Shown piece after piece: positions 39,006 to 48,424 of a stretch of DNA of 64,000 bases. Made by a program: the position numbers and the translations under genes. Position 1 is the first letter of the stretch. The number at the start of each line of letters is the position of its first letter. The DNA lies in IMG/VR virus record IMGVR_UViG_3300042868_008629, positions 1 to 64,000 of that record. One strand, written 5' to 3'. Below the pieces are notes generated by a model. That model saw nothing but the letters and a program-made list of their open reading frames with translations. It did not search any database and was not told where the DNA came from. This DNA is from an uncultured virus (IMG/VR IMGVR_UViG_3300042868_008629). Its lineage: Duplodnaviria > Heunggongvirae > Uroviricota > Caudoviricetes.

Positions 39006-40739
39006 ATGGAAAAGTTATACGATTTTAGTTTATCAAGTTATCATACTATGCTTTACAAAGATTATTGTGAAGTAGATGAAGATATATTATTAGGTGAACA
39101 TGACTCAGACACACCACCCATAATAGCAAGCTTCAACAAATTCTCATTAATAAGAAAAGAGTTTGATTACGACAAAACTTTATTAGGTGAAGAACCATAT
39201 GTTGAGAATTATAACAACTTGTTTGCTCATTTGATGTTCAAGAGGTTATCACTCTATGTTGAAAAAAATGAAGATAAAGTTTCAATAAAATTCTTTTTAT
39301 ATTACAAAGGTAGACAAGCTGGAAAAAAATATTTCAAGAAAGATACTATCTGTCATTTTTTAACCTATAACTTCAAACAAAATTGTCTTTATAATGGTCA
39401 TATCAAAAATTATCATCTTAAACGAAAAAAAAAGAGTCAATTAGGGAAAAACCTTTGGTACAATAAACCAATTCAGTCATTTATTCAAACATGGGTAAAT
39501 CATACTAGAGGAATGAAATTGAATGACTTTGATAAAATTGAAAAATCAGGTAAAGAAATTAATGAAGCCATTGTATTGTTTTTACAAAATATACCAGATG
39601 TAAATCCTGAAAACCACGATTATTCTTACGACAACATTTTATACAAAAGATACTTGGATGGGATTGGTGTTAAAGTACCAAACAACTGGATGTATTTCAA
39701 CAGAATCTTTCCACAGATAACAAAAAAGATATTCAAGAAATATAACTATAAGTTTGTGGATGCTTTTATGGGTTTAAATGATTTCACTGGTGATAAAATC
39801 AAGAGAGTATTACATAGTGTAGAATCAACAGATGGGGTTGAGTCATTAAAGTTTGCACTTGATTTCTTTGGGAAAGATTTCATATTATCTCAACCTGATG
39901 TCTTCATTAAAGAAATATTGGAAAGTACATCTTTCTTTATGGATTGGCAAGTGTTTATTAATCACCATAGAATTAGTTTGGTTGACTTCACCAAAACTGA
40001 GGTAAAATATTGTTTCGAAATTTTCAAGTTGGTTGTTAGGGGTGAAATTAATTTACATTCATTCACTGACCATATTGCTTACAAGATTAGATTAAAAAAC
40101 TTTGAACCTGTAATGTGGAGAGCCAAGAATTATGATACTTTTGCTGAAGAACATTATATTTGGTCTGAAAAGATTGGTTCGATGAAAAGTGCTGAGTATA
40201 GAAGATTATATGATGAAAAGTTCAAGGAATATATCGAAACACCCATCTTTGATTATTATCCTGTATTACTGACTGAAAGTAAGGAATACAATATGGAGAG
40301 TTTCCTCCAATCAAATTGTGTTAGAACTTATACAGATAAACCAGCATCCATTATCATATCTTTAAGAAAAGGGGGAATTCACTCCAAAACAAGGGCAACC
40401 ATTGAATATAAGATTGAAAATGATTTTGATAAAATTAAATTCAATCGTGTCCAATCCTTGGGTAGATATAATGAAAAGTTGGATGAAAGTTGGACAAAAG
40501 TTTTAATTGAACTTGACACCAAAATGTTTTATACTTTGGAAAATGATATCTTTAAGTTGCCTGAGGTTGAAATAAAATATGGTGGGAAAACATTTATGTC
40601 ACATTTGATATTTGTTGAGGATAGTGTCAAAGCTCAATTATATAATGGTACAACTAGTAAACTACCACCAAGAAAAATTGTTACATTCACAAATAATCCT
40701 GTAAAAAACATTTATAATCCAACATTAGAACTATTATGA
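39006..40739 (+). CDS. PcfJ-like domain protein
   Basis: C-terminal EY..ES..QSNCVRTY...IISLR...RATIE...QSLGRYN pattern. Confidence 0.6.
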   Translation: MEKLYDFSLSSYHTMLYKDYCEVDEDILLGEHDSDTPPIIASFNKFSLIRKEFDYDKTLLGEEPYVENYNNLFAHLMFKRLSLYVEKNEDKVSIKFFLYYKGRQAGKKYFKKDTICHFLTYNFKQNCLYNGHIKNYHLKRKKKSQLGKNLWYNKPIQSFIQTWVNHTRGMKLNDFDKIEKSGKEINEAIVLFLQNIPDVNPENHDYSYDNILYKRYLDGIGVKVPNNWMYFNRIFPQITKKIFKKYNYKFVDAFMGLNDFTGDKIKRVLHSVESTDGVESLKFALDFFGKDFILSQPDVFIKEILESTSFFMDWQVFINHHRISLVDFTKTEVKYCFEIFKLVVRGEINLHSFTDHIAYKIRLKNFEPVMWRAKNYDTFAEEHYIWSEKIGSMKSAEYRRLYDEKFKEYIETPIFDYYPVLLTESKEYNMESFLQSNCVRTYTDKPASIIISLRKGGIHSKTRATIEYKIENDFDKIKFNRVQSLGRYNEKLDESWTKVLIELDTKMFYTLENDIFKLPEVEIKYGGKTFMSHLIFVEDSVKAQLYNGTTSKLPPRKIVTFTNNPVKNIYNPTLELL

Positions 40740-41047
40740 CAAACAGAAACAGAGTTAATGATATATTCAAAGAAAGATTTAAACAAATCCCCTCTTCATT
40801 ATATATAAAAAATGAAAATATTTCTAAAGAAAACTTGGATAAGTTTTTAAGTAAATCTCATTTGATTTTTGTTAATAAGAAGGTGGCGGAAGGAAAAATA
40901 GTTGAGATGGATAGATTAGTTGAATACGATTCGAATGGTATTCTTATTTACATAAAAGGGGTTGAAGATATATTTATTCTAACCACAACAGATAGATTGA
41001 ATGTTGCGGAGTTTACTTTACATAACTTAATAAAACTTAATAAATAA
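40736..41047 (+). CDS. Hypothetical protein
   Basis: ATGA-coupled ORF. Confidence 0.45.
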   Translation: MTNRNRVNDIFKERFKQIPSSLYIKNENISKENLDKFLSKSHLIFVNKKVAEGKIVEMDRLVEYDSNGILIYIKGVEDIFILTTTDRLNVAEFTLHNLIKLNK

Positions 41048-41095
41048 TTTAATTTTGATACAACTTAGTGATATTTATAATAAACACTAAGTTGT

Positions 41096-41746
41096 ATGGA
41101 AAACGGAAAAATATATAAAATTACAAACACCGAAAACAATAAAGTTTATATTGGTTGTACGATTAATACACTAAAACATAGATTTGAAGAACATTGTTAC
41201 AGATGTCTGAAAACTAACATCAATACAAAATTATGTAATAATGTTAGAAAGTATGGTGTTGAAAAGTTTACAATTGAGTTGATTGAAGAATGTTCATTGG
41301 ATGTTATATATAATAGAGAGGTTGAAGTTATTAAGGAACACAATAGTTTTGAGGAAGGATTAAACTCTACAGTAGGAGGAGAGGGATGTTTAGGTTATAA
41401 ACACTCACCTGAAATAAGAATGAAGATATCTAATGCGGTTAAAGATGGTAAATCACATAAAGGTAAAACTTATGAAGAGATTTATGGAGATAGAGCACAA
41501 GAAGAAAAAAATAAGAGAAAACAAGCGGGTTGGTCTAAAAATTTGAATGAAGAAGAAAAGTTAAAAGTTATTGAAAAAATAAGAAACATTAAACGAAGTA
41601 AATCTAAAACCAGTATTGAAACTATTAATGGTATTAAAAAATTAATAAGTGAAAATGTTAAGCCAAGCGAAATAAATAAACAATATCCTGAAGTTCATAT
41701 TAGAACAATATATAGTATAAAAGCTGGAACTAGATGGAAAGATTAA
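41096..41746 (+). CDS. Free-standing GIY-YIG homing endonuclease
   Basis: KIYKITNTENNKVYIGCT, HRFEEH, E...I, GLNSTVGGEG, NUMOD3-like HSPEIRMKIS. Confidence 0.8.
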   Translation: MENGKIYKITNTENNKVYIGCTINTLKHRFEEHCYRCLKTNINTKLCNNVRKYGVEKFTIELIEECSLDVIYNREVEVIKEHNSFEEGLNSTVGGEGCLGYKHSPEIRMKISNAVKDGKSHKGKTYEEIYGDRAQEEKNKRKQAGWSKNLNEEEKLKVIEKIRNIKRSKSKTSIETINGIKKLISENVKPSEINKQYPEVHIRTIYSIKAGTRWKD

Positions 41747-41757
41747 AAAACAAAAAA

Positions 41758-42066
41758 ATGGAAATCACAAGTGAAGAATTAAAATCAAAAATTGAATCAG
41801 GTGAACAAGTTATTATTGACTTTTGGGCCAGCTGGTGTATGCCGTGCAAGATGTTTAAACCCACCTTTGATAAAGTTGCCGAGAGTTCTGAAGTACCTAT
41901 GTATACAATGAATGTTGAACATAATGGTGAATATGCTGTTGAGTTGGGTATTCGTGCAGTACCAACCATTAAAGCTTTTAGTAATGGTGGTGAAGTTTAT
42001 TCTAAATCAGGTATTCTTAGTGAGTCAGAATTAAAAGGAGTTATAAATAACATCATCAATGGATAA
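41758..42066 (+). CDS. Thioredoxin
   Basis: IDFWASWCMPCK, GIRAVPT. Confidence 0.85.
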   Translation: MEITSEELKSKIESGEQVIIDFWASWCMPCKMFKPTFDKVAESSEVPMYTMNVEHNGEYAVELGIRAVPTIKAFSNGGEVYSKSGILSESELKGVINNIING

Positions 42067-42346
42067 CAAACTAGTAATAGTATATACAATGAAAGGTTGT
42101 CCCCACTGTACGGACTTCAAAGATTTATTAGTTCAAAATGGCATTGAGTTCTATGATAGAGATATCGATGAATATAGTGACGAGTTTGATATGTTTGTCG
42201 AATTAACAGGAAAAGATTTTGTTCCAGCATTTATGTTGGTAGATGAATCCGAGAGTGACGAACCCATACCAATGTTATTTGCACCTGAAGAGGATTTCAA
42301 CGAATTAGAAGAAGGATTGGAAATTATCAAAAAGTTCTTACAATAA
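42059..42346 (+). CDS. Glutaredoxin-like protein
   Basis: VYTMKGCPHC, FVP cis-Pro motif. Confidence 0.8.
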   Translation: MDNKLVIVYTMKGCPHCTDFKDLLVQNGIEFYDRDIDEYSDEFDMFVELTGKDFVPAFMLVDESESDEPIPMLFAPEEDFNELEEGLEIIKKFLQ

Positions 42347-42375
42347 AAAATGTCCCCAATATTAGGGGACATTTT
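42347..42375. terminator. Bidirectional intrinsic terminator
   Basis: AAAATGTCCCC / GGGGACATTTT stem between convergent genes. Confidence 0.8.
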
Positions 42376-42378
42376 CAT

Positions 42379-43209
42379 TTAGAATATAACCAAATCTTTC
42401 ATTCTATCTTTAACTAACCAAGGTTTCTCATTTAGTTGATTATCAATATCTCTTTCAACATCATAATCTTTAATATAGTCATTTGCAAACTTGTTTAAGT
42501 TGAAATCAAATACATCTAATATTAATGACTTAATTTTCTCTGGTGTATAAATCGAATCACAAGTTACCTCAATGTTAAAATCATCCTCATTGTTAATAAC
42601 TGAAGAATACTTAAATGTAATTTTATCAGTTTCAAGTAAGTTAAATAATTGATTGCAAATATGTTCACCATAATATAATTCTCTTCTACCAAGGTTTAAG
42701 CTATATCCATAAGGGAATGATGAGGAAACAGAAAGAAAGTTCGTTGTGTTGAATATTTTAAGGTTCTCAGGGATGAATGGGGAATAGAACTCTAGTTCCA
42801 ATTTGTCTGTAAAGTTAATATTATTTAGGAACTCTTTGTTGTAATCATTTTTACTATCTCTATTAACTTCATTGATTACCTGTTGGTGGAAAATAGGTCT
42901 ATCACTTTTATGATATTCAAAGTAATATTCGTTTGGGGAAAGCGGTTCTCTATAATCTATTAAATCAATTATATTGATATGTTTAAGATTAAGATAGGTT
43001 AATAAATCAGGATTCTTTTCAACAAATAAATCTCTTAACTTATTTAAATCTAAAACTTCATCTGAGTTTGTTGCACCATAAACAACCAAGAATGATTTAA
43101 AATCAACAACTTGAAATCTTGAGGTAAAGTTTGGGTTTACATTTTTGACAATAAAGTCAGCGAATAGGTTTACAAAACCTTCTTTTGATAATCTATTAAT
43201 ATACTTCAT
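42379..43209 (-). CDS. Hypothetical protein, possibly a highly diverged MetK-fold protein
   Basis: Weak pattern similarity to the N- and C-termini of S-adenosylmethionine synthetase (see findings). Confidence 0.4.
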   Translation of the reverse strand: MKYINRLSKEGFVNLFADFIVKNVNPNFTSRFQVVDFKSFLVVYGATNSDEVLDLNKLRDLFVEKNPDLLTYLNLKHINIIDLIDYREPLSPNEYYFEYHKSDRPIFHQQVINEVNRDSKNDYNKEFLNNINFTDKLELEFYSPFIPENLKIFNTTNFLSVSSSFPYGYSLNLGRRELYYGEHICNQLFNLLETDKITFKYSSVINNEDDFNIEVTCDSIYTPEKIKSLILDVFDFNLNKFANDYIKDYDVERDIDNQLNEKPWLVKDRMKDLVIF

Positions 43210-43263
43210 AATTTTTTTATCAAATGTATAAACAAAAAAATTATTATCTTAAATAGTAAAAAT

Positions 43264-43290
43264 AAAAAAAGGGACATTGATTGTCCCCTT
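43264..43290 (-). terminator. Intrinsic terminator for the 43319-43471 gene
   Basis: GGGACA / TGTCCC stem with an adjacent A run, read as a U-tract on the minus strand. Confidence 0.65.
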
Positions 43291-43318
43291 CAAAGTTCGT
43301 ACCTTCCCTTCAGTGAAG

Positions 43319-43471
43319 TTATCTTTTGTTGTAGTACTTCTCAACAACCTTTTTGATTGATTCTTGAATGTTGTTGTTAGTCACCTGTCTCTGACTAGTT
43401 TGGTTACTAGCAGGTGGTGGTGTTGAAGGGGCTGGTTGACCTTGTGGTTTGTTTTTGCATCCACATCCCAT
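43319..43471 (-). CDS. 50-aa MGCGCK peptide (not in the ORF track)
   Basis: Translated by hand: MGCGCKNKPQGQPAPSTPPPASNQTSQRQVTNNNIQESIKKVVEKYYNKR. It has its own TATTTAT motif and terminator. Confidence 0.65.
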   Translation of the reverse strand: MGCGCKNKPQGQPAPSTPPPASNQTSQRQVTNNNIQESIKKVVEKYYNKR

Positions 43472-43562
43472 GTCATTATCAGTTTAATTAATTTATGAAG
43501 TCAACTTCATTAATAAATATCTTAAGTATTTATATTATGTAAATAAAACCTTATTTGACAAT

Positions 43563-44915
43563 ATGAAAAAAATTATTATAGCCGAAAGTCAGGCAAAAAA
43601 CCTAATTAAAATCCTTAAAGAACAAAATGAGGGTGAATATTATGAGATGACTGGTAAACAATATGAGGAACTATTGAAGTTAGCTTCATATAACTCAAAG
43701 GTTACTGGTATTAAAAAGTTTGGTGGAAAACCATTATATGTCGTTGGAGATGTTAATTTAAGTGGAACTCCAATAAAAGACTTGGGAAATGTTGCCGTTA
43801 TTACTGGAAGATTAAATATTAGTAGTACACAAATTAGTAGTTTGGGTAATACTATAGTTAAAGGATATGTAAGTGATTATAATACACCAATTGAAAAAAT
43901 GAGAATTAGAAGAGAGGAGTTGGCTAAATTGGCTGATGCTGATGAGAGGAGACAAGATGGTGAATGGGACTTGGATAATCCAAAGATTGATGATGAAGGA
44001 TTGGCGGCAAATGCTTTGTTTGATTATTTGGTTTATAAGGGTGATTTGGATGAGATGGATGAAGAAACCAAGAATGAAATAAAAACTAAGAAGGAAGAAA
44101 TTGAAAGGTTAATTGAAGAAGGTAAAGGGTTGGATATGGACTCTGAAGAAAGGGAAGAAATATATGATAGGATTACTGACTTAGAAAATGAAATTGAAGA
44201 ATTACAAGAGGGTGTTGCTGATGTATATTATCTTATACCACAATCTTATCGTTCATATGGTGACCTTAACAATTTCGAGGTTATTGGTTTGAGGGGTCAA
44301 GAATATGTTGTTGGTTATTGGGATGATGTGTATGAAGCGGCAGTTGAGAATCAAGAACAATTGATTGAGGATATTGGTATTGATGGAATTAGTAGGGGAC
44401 TAATTGAAGATAATATTGACAAAGGTCGAGTTAGAGAATATATGGAGGAGTTTTATAGAGACGACATTACTGACAACCCTGAAGTTTATTTTGATGATGA
44501 TGATTACCAATTAACTGATGAACAAGAAGAGAGAAAAGAAAGATTGGAAATTGAAATTGAAGGATTGAGAGAAAAATTAGAAAACACGGAAAATGAAGAT
44601 GAAATAGCTGATTTGGAAACAGAAATTGGGGGATTTCAAGAAGAATTAGATAGTATAGAACCAGATACAGAACCAACTGATGATATGATTGACGAAAAAG
44701 TCGATTACTATATAAGAAACACTGATGAAATAGATTGGTTGAAGGAAATGGGTTATGAATTAAATGATTGGGTTAATTTGAAAGGTGTTGCCCGAGATAT
44801 AGTTGATAGTGATGGTTTGGGTGTTATGGCTTCTTATGATGGAAATTACGATGAACGAACAGTAACAACACCTGATGGGAAGAAATATACTTTTGTCATA
44901 ATGAGAATGAACTAG
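43563..44915 (+). CDS. Very acidic protein with leader motif and a short LRR-like segment
   Basis: MKKIIIAESQAKNLIKILKEQ leader; GDVNLSGTPIKDLGN / GRLNISSTQISSLGN repeats; D/E-rich coiled coils. Confidence 0.6.
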   Translation: MKKIIIAESQAKNLIKILKEQNEGEYYEMTGKQYEELLKLASYNSKVTGIKKFGGKPLYVVGDVNLSGTPIKDLGNVAVITGRLNISSTQISSLGNTIVKGYVSDYNTPIEKMRIRREELAKLADADERRQDGEWDLDNPKIDDEGLAANALFDYLVYKGDLDEMDEETKNEIKTKKEEIERLIEEGKGLDMDSEEREEIYDRITDLENEIEELQEGVADVYYLIPQSYRSYGDLNNFEVIGLRGQEYVVGYWDDVYEAAVENQEQLIEDIGIDGISRGLIEDNIDKGRVREYMEEFYRDDITDNPEVYFDDDDYQLTDEQEERKERLEIEIEGLREKLENTENEDEIADLETEIGGFQEELDSIEPDTEPTDDMIDEKVDYYIRNTDEIDWLKEMGYELNDWVNLKGVARDIVDSDGLGVMASYDGNYDERTVTTPDGKKYTFVIMRMN

Positions 44916-44950
44916 TTTATTTTAGATAAAACTTTAATTATATTTTGAGT

Positions 44951-45652
44951 ATGAAGAAGAATAAATTAAAGTTTGTTATGAGTACAGATTGGATATTCGA
45001 AGGTGTCATTGACGCTGAATTAAAAGAATATGTCCTCTTAGGTTATTTCCAAAAACTGAACAAACAATTGGAAGAAATGAAAGTTTATCCAATGTTCACG
45101 GAAATTACCCTCCATTTAGCAAACATTCGAAATCTATTATCAAAGAATCAAATATTATATACAGATAAGTCATTACTCAATGTTGACGATGAGATAACAC
45201 TTGCTGACCTGAAAACTAAGGACAGACCAATCTTAACCATACACGAAGAAACTGAACTTATAAAGATATTAAAATATAGTGATGCCAAACTACAAGATTA
45301 CTTTGACATCATTAAATCTGTTTGGACAATAGTTTATGATGCAATCGAAGTTGTATCTATATTAAACGAAGATAATTTAACTTCCAAGAAAGGTTATTTC
45401 TATACCAAATCTAGTAATTTAATAGACATTTGGGAGTACAATATTAGAAAACATAAGGGTGAAAATAAGACAACCTTCAAACAAATTGAAGACCCCAACT
45501 TTTATACTCACCTTATATCAACTGAAAATGAGTTACCAACATTTTATATTCATTGTGATAAAGAAGTTCCATTCGAGGAAACTTTGTTACCATTGATGAA
45601 AAGAAAGGTATTGTCGTATATTTTTCAGTCAAAAAACTTAGCAATAAGGTAA
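44951..45652 (+). CDS. Hypothetical protein
   Basis: About 233 aa ORF. Confidence 0.55.
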   Translation: MKKNKLKFVMSTDWIFEGVIDAELKEYVLLGYFQKLNKQLEEMKVYPMFTEITLHLANIRNLLSKNQILYTDKSLLNVDDEITLADLKTKDRPILTIHEETELIKILKYSDAKLQDYFDIIKSVWTIVYDAIEVVSILNEDNLTSKKGYFYTKSSNLIDIWEYNIRKHKGENKTTFKQIEDPNFYTHLISTENELPTFYIHCDKEVPFEETLLPLMKRKVLSYIFQSKNLAIR

Positions 45653-45722
45653 TATTGGAAATTGGATTATTTGGTTGTGTTAAATTAATTATTAAAAGTT
45701 AATAAACCAATAAAACAATTTT

Positions 45723-46985
45723 ATGAAAAAACTTTTTATTTTATTTTTCGTTGTATTAGCAAGTTTACAATCTTGTAAACAAAAAGATTCTTGTGCTGAT
45801 ACAGTATGTCCAAATGGTCAAGTTTGTGTTGATGGAACTTGTCAAGGAGCAACAACTAATGTTGTAATATCATCAAACATTAGTTCTAACACAACTTGGA
45901 CTGCGGACAATGTTTATGAGTTGGGAGGAAGAATCACGGTATTGGATGGTGTTACACTAACAATAGAACCAGGTACAGTTATCAAAGGTCAAGCAGGTAC
46001 AGGAGCAAACGCAACAGCTTTATTAGTTGCAAGAGGTGGTAAAATCAATGCTGTTGGTACACCAACTAAACCTATTATCTTCACATCTGTTGCAGATGAA
46101 ATTACACCTGAACAAGTAGGTGCTGGACTTTTCATTAGTCCAAACCTTGACCCCGCAACACAGGGATTATGGGGTGGTGTTATTATATTAGGAAAAGCAC
46201 CAATCTCAGCTTCAGCCAATGAAATCCAAATCGAAGGCATTCCAACTACTGACCCTAATGGTTTATATGGTGGAAACGATGTTAGTGATAACTCTGGTGT
46301 TATGAAATATGTTTCAATTCGTCACGGAGGTGCTAACATTGGAAATGGTAATGAAATTAATGGTTTAACTTTGGGTGGTGTTGGTAATGGAACAACAATT
46401 GAGAATATTGAAATCGTTGGTAATCAAGATGATGGTATTGAGTTCTTTGGTGGAACTGTAAATGTATCTAATCTTCTTGTATGGTTTTCAGGTGATGATG
46501 CTATTGATACAGACCAAGCTTGGGCTGGAACATTAAATAACTTTATTGTAATCTGTGGTAGTGCAACTGACCATGCTTTAGAAATTGATGGACCTGAAGG
46601 TACTTTAATGGCTTCACACACATTAAGAAATGGTTCAATCAAAGGAAGTCCTGAAGCGGAATTGGGTGACTTCAGAGCTTGTCCAAGAGGAACATTCGAA
46701 AACATTTTCTTCTTTGATTTTGTTGACCCAGCAACTGCGGGTAGAGGTGACTTATCAATATCTAATCCAACAAATTCTACTTGTTCAACAGATAATTTAA
46801 CTAATGGAGTTTTGACTTTCTCAAACTTACAAGTTATACTTCCTACAAATGTAACATTGAGTAGTGTTTTCAAAAATGGTACTAGTACCTTTGCTACTTC
46901 TGTTACAACTAGAACAATTGGTGCTAACAAAACTGCACTCAATTGGACTTGGGCAGAACAAGCAAATGTATTATTGGGATTCTAA
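45723..46985 (+). CDS. Bacteroidota-type lipoprotein with an EGF-like Cys motif and beta-helix body
   Basis: Signal peptide with LQSC lipobox; CADTVCPNGQVCVDGTC; LTIEPGT, WGGVIILGKA, DNSGVMKYVSIRHGG, EINGLTLGGVG, DDGIEFFGGTV. Confidence 0.75.
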   Translation: MKKLFILFFVVLASLQSCKQKDSCADTVCPNGQVCVDGTCQGATTNVVISSNISSNTTWTADNVYELGGRITVLDGVTLTIEPGTVIKGQAGTGANATALLVARGGKINAVGTPTKPIIFTSVADEITPEQVGAGLFISPNLDPATQGLWGGVIILGKAPISASANEIQIEGIPTTDPNGLYGGNDVSDNSGVMKYVSIRHGGANIGNGNEINGLTLGGVGNGTTIENIEIVGNQDDGIEFFGGTVNVSNLLVWFSGDDAIDTDQAWAGTLNNFIVICGSATDHALEIDGPEGTLMASHTLRNGSIKGSPEAELGDFRACPRGTFENIFFFDFVDPATAGRGDLSISNPTNSTCSTDNLTNGVLTFSNLQVILPTNVTLSSVFKNGTSTFATSVTTRTIGANKTALNWTWAEQANVLLGF

Positions 46986-47005
46986 GAAATTAAAATCTAA
47001 ATGAG

Positions 47006-47038
47006 AAAGGTTCTGACCAAAAGTTAGAACCTTTTTTT
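47006..47038 (+). terminator. Intrinsic terminator
   Basis: AAAGGTTCTGAC / GTTAGAACCTTT stem plus T run. Confidence 0.75.
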
Positions 47039-47061
47039 ATTGTCAAAATCAAAATACTAAT

Positions 47062-47268
47062 ATGGAATCACTAAAACTAAGAGTAACTCTAACCAACACA
47101 AAGGGGTGGAAAGAAACGAAAGATGTCCACCTATCACATTACCTATCTCAAAAAGAAGAAGGAAACGATGTTTTAGATAAAATCGTTGAACAACTTATTC
47201 AGGATTATGAAAGGATGGGAAAAAATATGAATGAAAATAAAATAGAAAATCAAAAATGGAGACCGTAA
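47062..47268 (+). CDS. Hypothetical protein
   Basis: Short ORF heading an operon. Confidence 0.4.
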   Translation: MESLKLRVTLTNTKGWKETKDVHLSHYLSQKEEGNDVLDKIVEQLIQDYERMGKNMNENKIENQKWRP

Positions 47269-47501
47269 TCAAAACTTGGGAAAAGAAAGAAAGTGTTAAT
47301 CACCCTTCTCATTATGGAGGCGCTGATAATGTTTATGAAGCGATAAAGGTGATAGATGCCTGGTCATTAGGATTTGCCTTGGGTAATACTGTAAAGTATA
47401 TCAGTAGGGCGGGTAAGAAAGACCAATCAAAAGAATTAGAAGACCTAAAGAAAGCTTTATGGTATCTTCAACACCACATCAATCAATTAGAGAATAAATG
47501 A
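47256..47501 (+). CDS. DUF3310-family protein
   Basis: VNHPSHY, GNTVKYISRAGKK, EDLKKALWYL. Confidence 0.8.
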   Translation: METVIKTWEKKESVNHPSHYGGADNVYEAIKVIDAWSLGFALGNTVKYISRAGKKDQSKELEDLKKALWYLQHHINQLENK

Positions 47502-48295
47502 ATACACCAATAAAATATTTCGGGGGAAAAGGAACAATGTTTAACAATATTATAGAACACTTCCCCAACCAAAATGACTTTAACATTTATTTAGAACCAT
47601 TCGGTGGTTCCTTCTCAATAGGATTGAAAAAACCTGAAACTGAAATTGAGATTTACAATGATATAGAACAAAATGTTTATTCCCTTTATAAAGTTTTGTC
47701 GGATAAAGATTTATTCGATGAGTTCAAGTTCAAATGTGATTTAACTCATTTCTCCGAAGATTTAAGGAAGGAATTCAAAGATAAGTTGAAAGGTGACTTA
47801 ACCACTTTGGATAGAGCATTTTACTTTTTTTATGTAAACAGAACATCACATAATGGTGTGGGTGGAATTACAATCAGCAACATAGTAAGAAGGAAGATGA
47901 GTAAATCAACTTCAGATTTTTTGTCTGCAATTGATAGATTACCTGAATTACACGATAGATTGTCAAAAGTAATTATGTTAAACACTAATGGAATAAAGTT
48001 GATTGAAAAATATAAGGAATATCCAAATTGTTTCATTTATGCTGACCCCCCTTATGAACAATCAACCAGAACAAATGCGAGATATAAGGAAGATATGGAT
48101 AGAGATGGACATATTAAGTTTCTCGATTCTGTTATTGATTCCAAAGCTAAGATATTGATTAGTGGATATGATTGTGAATTATATGATAGATTGACTGATA
48201 ATGGATTTATTAAAGTTCATTTTGATGTAAAAACTGTTGATGGTAACCATAAACCTAAAACCAAAACTGAAACTCTTTGGAAGAACTATGAATAA
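47498..48295 (+). CDS. DNA adenine methyltransferase (Dam/D12 class)
   Basis: YFGGK, YLEPFGGS, YND and YADPPY motifs. Confidence 0.85.
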   Translation: MNTPIKYFGGKGTMFNNIIEHFPNQNDFNIYLEPFGGSFSIGLKKPETEIEIYNDIEQNVYSLYKVLSDKDLFDEFKFKCDLTHFSEDLRKEFKDKLKGDLTTLDRAFYFFYVNRTSHNGVGGITISNIVRRKMSKSTSDFLSAIDRLPELHDRLSKVIMLNTNGIKLIEKYKEYPNCFIYADPPYEQSTRTNARYKEDMDRDGHIKFLDSVIDSKAKILISGYDCELYDRLTDNGFIKVHFDVKTVDGNHKPKTKTETLWKNYE

Positions 48296-48332
48296 AGTTT
48301 ATTAAAAAAAGAATAAAAATTTTTAGAAATGT

Positions 48333-48363
48333 TTTGGTTGTAAAAATATTTTTCATACATTTG
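48333..48363 (+). promoter_or_regulatory. Bacteroidota-type promoter
   Basis: TTTG (48333-48336), 19-nt spacer, TACATTTG (48356-48363). Confidence 0.6.
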
Positions 48364-48424
48364 TAATTAATCCACTTGTGAAACTATTTAAAATCATTTT
48401 ATATTACAATTTAAACTCCAAACT

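Noticed and set aside
46424..46942. 172-aa antisense ORF, and the many other short antisense or overlapping ORFs in the track
   Set aside because: They are shadows of well-supported genes on the opposite strand or frame, with no recognisable motifs.
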